Assembly: GCA_951406725.2 (NCBI GenBank)
Contig: OX597822.1
Span: 94,302,001-94,366,000 of the forward strand
Direction of reading: 5' to 3'
Source of the DNA: Octopus vulgaris
Taxonomy: Eukaryota
DNA length: 64,000 nt
Shown: positions 58,580 through 64,000 of the stretch, one piece after another
Layout of the letters: each line of letters begins with the position of its first letter
Position numbering within the stretch: the stretch's first letter is position 1
The notes under the pieces: model-generated
Database searches by the model: none
Told to the model about the DNA's origin: nothing
What the model saw: only the letters and a program-made list of their open reading frames with translations
Program-made: the position numbers and the translations under genes

Positions 58580-59002
58580 TCTCTTTACTCTTTTACTCTT
58601 TTACTTGTTTCAGTCATTTGACTGTGGCCATGCTGGAGCACCGCCTTTAGTCGAGCAAATCGACCCCAGGACTTATTCTTTGTAAGCCTAGTACTTATTC
58701 TATCGGTCTCTTTTGCCGAACCGCTAAGTTACGGGGACGTAAACACACCAGCATCGGTTGTCAAGCAATGCTAGGGGGACAAACACAGAGGCACAAACAT
58801 ATACACACGCATACATATATATATATATACATATATACGACGGGCTTCTTTCAGTTTCCGTCTACCAAATTCACTCACAAGGCTTTGGTCGGCCCGAGGC
58901 TATGGTAGAAGACACTTGCCCAAGGTGCCATGCAGTGGGACTGAACCCGGGAACCATATGACTGGTAAGCAAGCTACTTACCACACGCTCACTCCTACGC
59001 CT
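58580..59002 (-). mobile_element. SINE family A, full length
   Basis: Reverse complement of 29176-29640. Confidence 0.9.
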
Positions 59003-59819
59003 GTTAAAAACTACTCCTCTCTGTAAAAAAATATTTATTGGATGATTTATTTATTCATTTATTTAATTAATTGCTTTTGTCTTTGGTCATTGAGCGTCAT
59101 TTCCTATTTGCTTCTGTCTAGAAATCAAAGGAATTGATTACCATTCCCTTAAAAATTTGCTTTTGTGACGTGAGCATCAATGTTTTGAAACTGATTTATT
59201 TTCCATTACATTTCAGACTGATTCAGCGCCGAGTTGCTGAAGCAGAAATATCGTTATAACAAATATTCTGCTCAGTAACACAGATTTGCTTGTTAGTTGC
59301 TTGACCTTAACCACTTGAGCATGTCCCTTAGTGACTAACAATATGTGCCTCTCTGATCATGAGCAGGAGTAGCGAGGTTTCATCATAACTATGTATTGAG
59401 AGGGATTCTTTGGGGTTTGAATAAATGTAACAAAAGCAAAATCTGAAGGAAATATTAGGCATTTTTTCATATTTTCTAGGAGTAAGGAAATAAAAAATAG
59501 CAGCTGCTACCCAGGGACAAAAATTGTGTTACACTATGCAGTAACCCTTTCTACTATAGGCACAAGGCCTGAAATCATGGGAGAAGGAGCTAGTCGATTA
59601 CATCGACCCCAGTACTCAACTGGTACTTATTTCATTGGCCCCAAAAGGATGAAAGGCAAAGTCGGCCTCTGCGGGATTTGAACCCAAAGGGTAAAGACGG
59701 ACGAAATGCCCCTAAGCATTTTGTCCGGTGTGCCAACGATTCTGCCAGCACGTTTCTTTAATAATAGTCATAATTCTTTCTGCAATAAGCAGAAGGCCTG
59801 AAATTTTTGTGGGAGGCGA

Positions 59820-59919
59820 NNNNNNNNNNNNNNNNNNNNNNNNNNNNNNNNNNNNNNNNNNNNNNNNNNNNNNNNNNNNNNNNNNNNNNNNNNNNNNNNN
59901 NNNNNNNNNNNNNNNNNNN
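59820..59919. other. Assembly gap (100 N)
   Basis: N run. Confidence 1.
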
Positions 59920-60090
59920 CTCTCCTTGTTTCTTTCTGTGTTTCTTTTCTGTGTATCTTTCTGTTGAAGAGCGTGGGCTCGAAACGTAAAAGACTTGTTT
60001 TATTTATATTCCTGAGCGCCATACTAATACAATTGTTTGTTTGTATTCCACCTGCCTTCGTCTTTTGTCCATTTTCATAAAGCTTCCCGT

Positions 60091-60092
<2 letters not shown>
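59920..60092 (+). mobile_element. Hammerhead mini-element family H
   Basis: Ends cttcccgtt+(TA)n; a handful of substitutions relative to 61887-62058. Confidence 0.8.
59956..59993 (+). ncRNA. Putative minimal variant type I hammerhead ribozyme
   Basis: UCUUU-CUGUUGA-A-GAGC-gugg-GCUC-GAAAC-GUA-AAAGA. Confidence 0.55.
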
Positions 60093-60187
<95 letters not shown>

Positions 60188-60569
60188 GAGCAAAACGCCC
60201 CCCGTCCAATGGACGGTGTTGAGTTGTCAAACATTTAAACCAAATTTTCTCAAAACAACTTGTCCGACCGTCCCATGGGCCTCCCCTTTGAGAAACACTG
60301 ATTTAACCTAAATTTGAGACACCAGCAAAAGAAGAAATAAAGATAGAGTTTTTTTCTATTCCAAGAAAACCGATTTTACAAATGCACGTTTCCATGGCTT
60401 TATCGATCGCATTCTCACCTGGAATCGATTTTTGTAATTCTTTCAAGACTTATACACGCCTTGATACCGTCGGTATCTACATTATCAAATTTGAGCACAA
60501 TTGGATGGAGGATGCCCTAGATCCTAGAAGACACACATACGGACAGACAGAACGGATTTTATATTTTAC

Positions 60570-60636
<67 letters not shown>

Positions 60637-60957
60637 ATATAAGAAGACAAAGAAAGGCTTTAACACATCTTCAATGATCAGCTACAATTGTTTCTGTATA
60701 ATCTCTGCTTTCAACGTCGGTTCACGGACTGGCGTTGAAAGCAGAGAAGCAGAGATGGTATAGAAGCAACTGTCACCGATCATCCTTTGCAGCATTTCTT
60801 ATGGCTTTATGTCCACTGAAGTCGACTTTATCTTTCATCCTTTCGGGTTGATAAAATAAGTACCAGTTGAAGATTGGGTCGTTGTAATCGAGTAGTCCTC
60901 TCCCCTAAGTTTCAGACCATGAGCCTATAGTTGAAAGGATTATCATTATTATTATTA

Positions 60958-61605
60958 ACGAGGCGAGCTTGCGGAATCCTTAGCACGGCGGGCAAAATGC
61001 TTAGCGGCTTTTCGTCCTTCTTTACGTTCTGAGTTCAAATTCCGCCGAGGTCAACTTTACCTTTCATCCTTTCGGGATCGATAGAATAAGTACTAGTTAC
61101 ACACCGGGGTCAATGTAATCGACTATCCCCCTCCCCACAAATCTCAGGCCTTGTGCCTATATTAGAAAAGGATTAAATTTTGCTTTCTCTTACAAAGGCG
61201 GCGATCTACCAGAAACGTTAGCACGCCGGGTGAAATGCTTAGCGGTATTTCGTCTGCCGCTACGTTCTGAGTTCAAATTCCGCCGAGGTTGACTTTGCCT
61301 TTCATTCTTTCGGGGTCGATAAATTAAGTACCAGTTACGCACTGGGATCGATGTAATCGACTTAATCCGTTTGTCTGTCCTTGTTTGTCCCCTCTGTGTG
61401 TAGCCCTTTGTGGGTAGTAAAGAAATAGGTATTTCGTCTGTCGCTACGTTCTGAGTTCAAATTCCGCCGAGGTCGACTTCGCTTTTTATCCTTTCGGGGT
61501 CGATAAAATAAGTACCATTTGTGTACTGGGGGTCGATCTAATCGACTGGCCCCCTCCCCACCAAAAAGATTCCAAGCCTTGTGCCTATAATAGAAAGGAT
61601 TATTG
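60958..61605 (+). mobile_element. Cluster of SINE B-related units, including a tandem junction at 61428/61429
   Basis: Three consecutive bodies with two tail types. Confidence 0.85.
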
Positions 61606-61839
61606 CTTTTAACGAGGCGAGCTGGCAGAATTGTTAGCGCATCGGAACAAAATGGTTAATGGCATTTCTTCCGGCTTTTAACGCTCTCAGCTCAAATCCA
61701 GCCGGGGTCAACTTTACCGTTCGTTGTTTCAGGGTCGATAGAATAAAGTACAAGTCAATTACTGGAGTCGATATAATTAATTTATTTCCTCTCCAAATTG
61801 CTGGCCTTGTTAAAAAATCTGAAACTATATTCTGGCCGG

Positions 61840-62056
61840 AATCAGATCGCCATGTTGATTCGCTAGCTTCTGCACGCATTTTTTTTCTCTCCTTGTTTCT
61901 CTCCGTGTTTCTTTTCTGTGTATCTTTCTGTTGAAGAGCGTAGGCTCGAAACGTAAAAGACTTGTTTTATTTATATTCCTGAGCGCCATACTAATACAAT
62001 TGTTTGTTTGTATTCCACCTGCCTTCGTCTTTTGTTTATTTTCATGAAGCTTCCCG

Positions 62057-62058
<2 letters not shown>
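61840..62058 (+). mobile_element. Hammerhead mini-element family H
   Basis: Inverse of 18927-19128; followed by (TA)n. Confidence 0.8.
61923..61960 (+). ncRNA. Putative minimal variant type I hammerhead ribozyme
   Basis: UCUUU-CUGUUGA-A-GAGC-guag-GCUC-GAAAC-GUA-AAAGA; predicted cut after 61955. Confidence 0.55.
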
Positions 62059-62094
<36 letters not shown>

Positions 62095-62243
62095 TTTATG
62101 CTATTATCTTACTTATTGATGTATATTGTTTTATTCTGTTTTATTCTGTTGGATTTGGATGTACCTATTTAAGCAGTTAATAAATAATATGAATTGGTAT
62201 TATCTGTAAGTCGATGATTGAAAGGAATCTGTTCCTCCATTTT

Positions 62244-62285
<42 letters not shown>

Positions 62286-62411
62286 TAAAAACGGTAAGAT
62301 AACAAAAGAAAGAAAGAGACGTCAATATTATGTAAATAGAGGAAATTTATCTGTAAAATAATATGTGACAATTATTCAATAGCCAAGATAAATGAGATAA
62401 ATGGGATGGCC

Positions 62412-62478
62412 AGATAACCGAAGAGATGGTGGTGTGGATTTCCACCTCGGCATCCGAAACTCGGAGTTTTATCTTGGC
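62412..62478 (+). ncRNA. Putative type I hammerhead ribozyme with long stem II, in a (TA)n-flanked foldback element (62283-62512)
   Basis: AGAUAA-CCGAAGA-[stem II, 12 of 14 pairs]-C-GAAAC-ucgga-GUU-UUAUCU. Confidence 0.55.
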
Positions 62479-62509
62479 TACCGAATAACTGTCACATATT
62501 ATTTTACAG

Positions 62510-62654
<145 letters not shown>

Positions 62655-62742
62655 AAATTTAATAAGGGTAGAAATTGATATTAATCAATTAAAACCAGTG
62701 GCCCAGCATATTAAAAAAATCCGAAGATTAAAATATTTTTAC

Positions 62743-63041
<299 letters not shown>

Positions 63042-63104
63042 TAGATAGATAGATAGATGGATAGATAGAGAGAGAGAGAGACAAAATGAGAAAGAGAGAG
63101 AGAG

Positions 63105-63159
<55 letters not shown>

Positions 63160-63509
63160 AGGAAGGAAGGAAAGAAGGGAAGGAAGGTAATGATCGTTTA
63201 CGCGTGAATGCACTTATGTGTGTTCTGTAGTTATATGTAATTAACTGCACATTTCTCACTTCATTCGGAACATTTTTACTCTTTTTGTAGGTCTTCCTTT
63301 TATCATTTTATCAAAACCTCCCACCCACCCACACAAATTCACATACATATTCCACATATTTCAACCCTACGTTATCTTTCTCTCTCTCTGCTCACTTACC
63401 TGCACCCCTTAAAAGAAAACAAAAGGGTCATCAACAACATGAATATATAAGTTTCAAATTTTGGCAGAAGGCCAGCAATTTCGAGGAGAATCCAAGACGA
63501 TTATACCAA

Positions 63510-64000
63510 TTTCTTTACTACCCACAAGTGGACAAACAAGGACAGACACACGGATTAAGTCGATTATACCGACCCAGTGCTCAAAGGGTTACTTACTTTG
63601 TCGATCCCGAAAGGATGAAAGGCAAAGTCGACTCCGGTGGAATTTGTATTCAGAACGTAAGGACAGACGAGCTGCTGTTAAGCATTTCACCTGGCGTGCT
63701 AACGATTCCGCCAGCTCGCAGCCTTTACAATATTAGTATCTTTTTCTTTACTGCCCACAAGGGGCTAAACATAGAGGGGACAAACAAGGACAGGCAAAGG
63801 GATTAAGTCAATTACATCGACCCCAGTGCGAAACCGGTACTTTATTTATCGACCCCGAAAGGATGAAAGGCAAAGTCGACCTCGGCGGAATTTGAACTCA
63901 GAACGTAACGACAGACGAAATACCTATTTCTTTACTACCCAGAAGGGGTTAAACACAGAGGGGTAAAACAAGGACAGACAAACGGACTAAGTCGATTATA
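63510..64000 (-). mobile_element. SINE family B units (tandem, continuing past window end)
   Basis: Reverse complement matches; junction gacgaaatac|ctatttc at 63923/63924. Confidence 0.85.

Noticed and set aside
59920-60092. Gap-adjacent duplicate of 61887-62058 as an assembly artefact
   Set aside because: The copies differ at several positions and have different downstream flanks; further copies exist elsewhere.
60300-60570. Helitron-like 5' end on minus strand
   Set aside because: No 3' hairpin/CTAG located.

Overview
Repeat-dominated, AT-rich animal DNA. The SINE families and very dense microsatellites suggest an octopus/coleoid cephalopod genome (inference, not verified). There is a 100-N gap at 59820-59919. 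Nearly all long ORFs in the supplied track are microsatellite artefacts. One host coding exon is well supported: the 66-nt first coding exon of a SAT1/SAT2-like diamine acetyltransferase (48041-48106, +). A speculative, lesion-ridden three-exon gene on the minus strand may have encoded a secreted 6-Cys precursor. The rest is a nested mobilome: R4/Dong-type retroelements in (TAA)n, RTE, CR1 and L1/Tx1 fragments, a Penelope GIY-YIG relic, two mariners, pogo-, piggyBac- and mariner-type MITEs, two non-autonomous Helitrons and three tRNA-derived SINE families. The most unusual signal is a set of short elements in (TA)n tracts. They carry minimal type I hammerhead-ribozyme folds, one family with a recurrent non-canonical core (CUGUYGA-A), and often an inverted duplication. 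This looks like a Penelope-dependent, retrozyme-like system. All assignments were made by eye; no searches were run.
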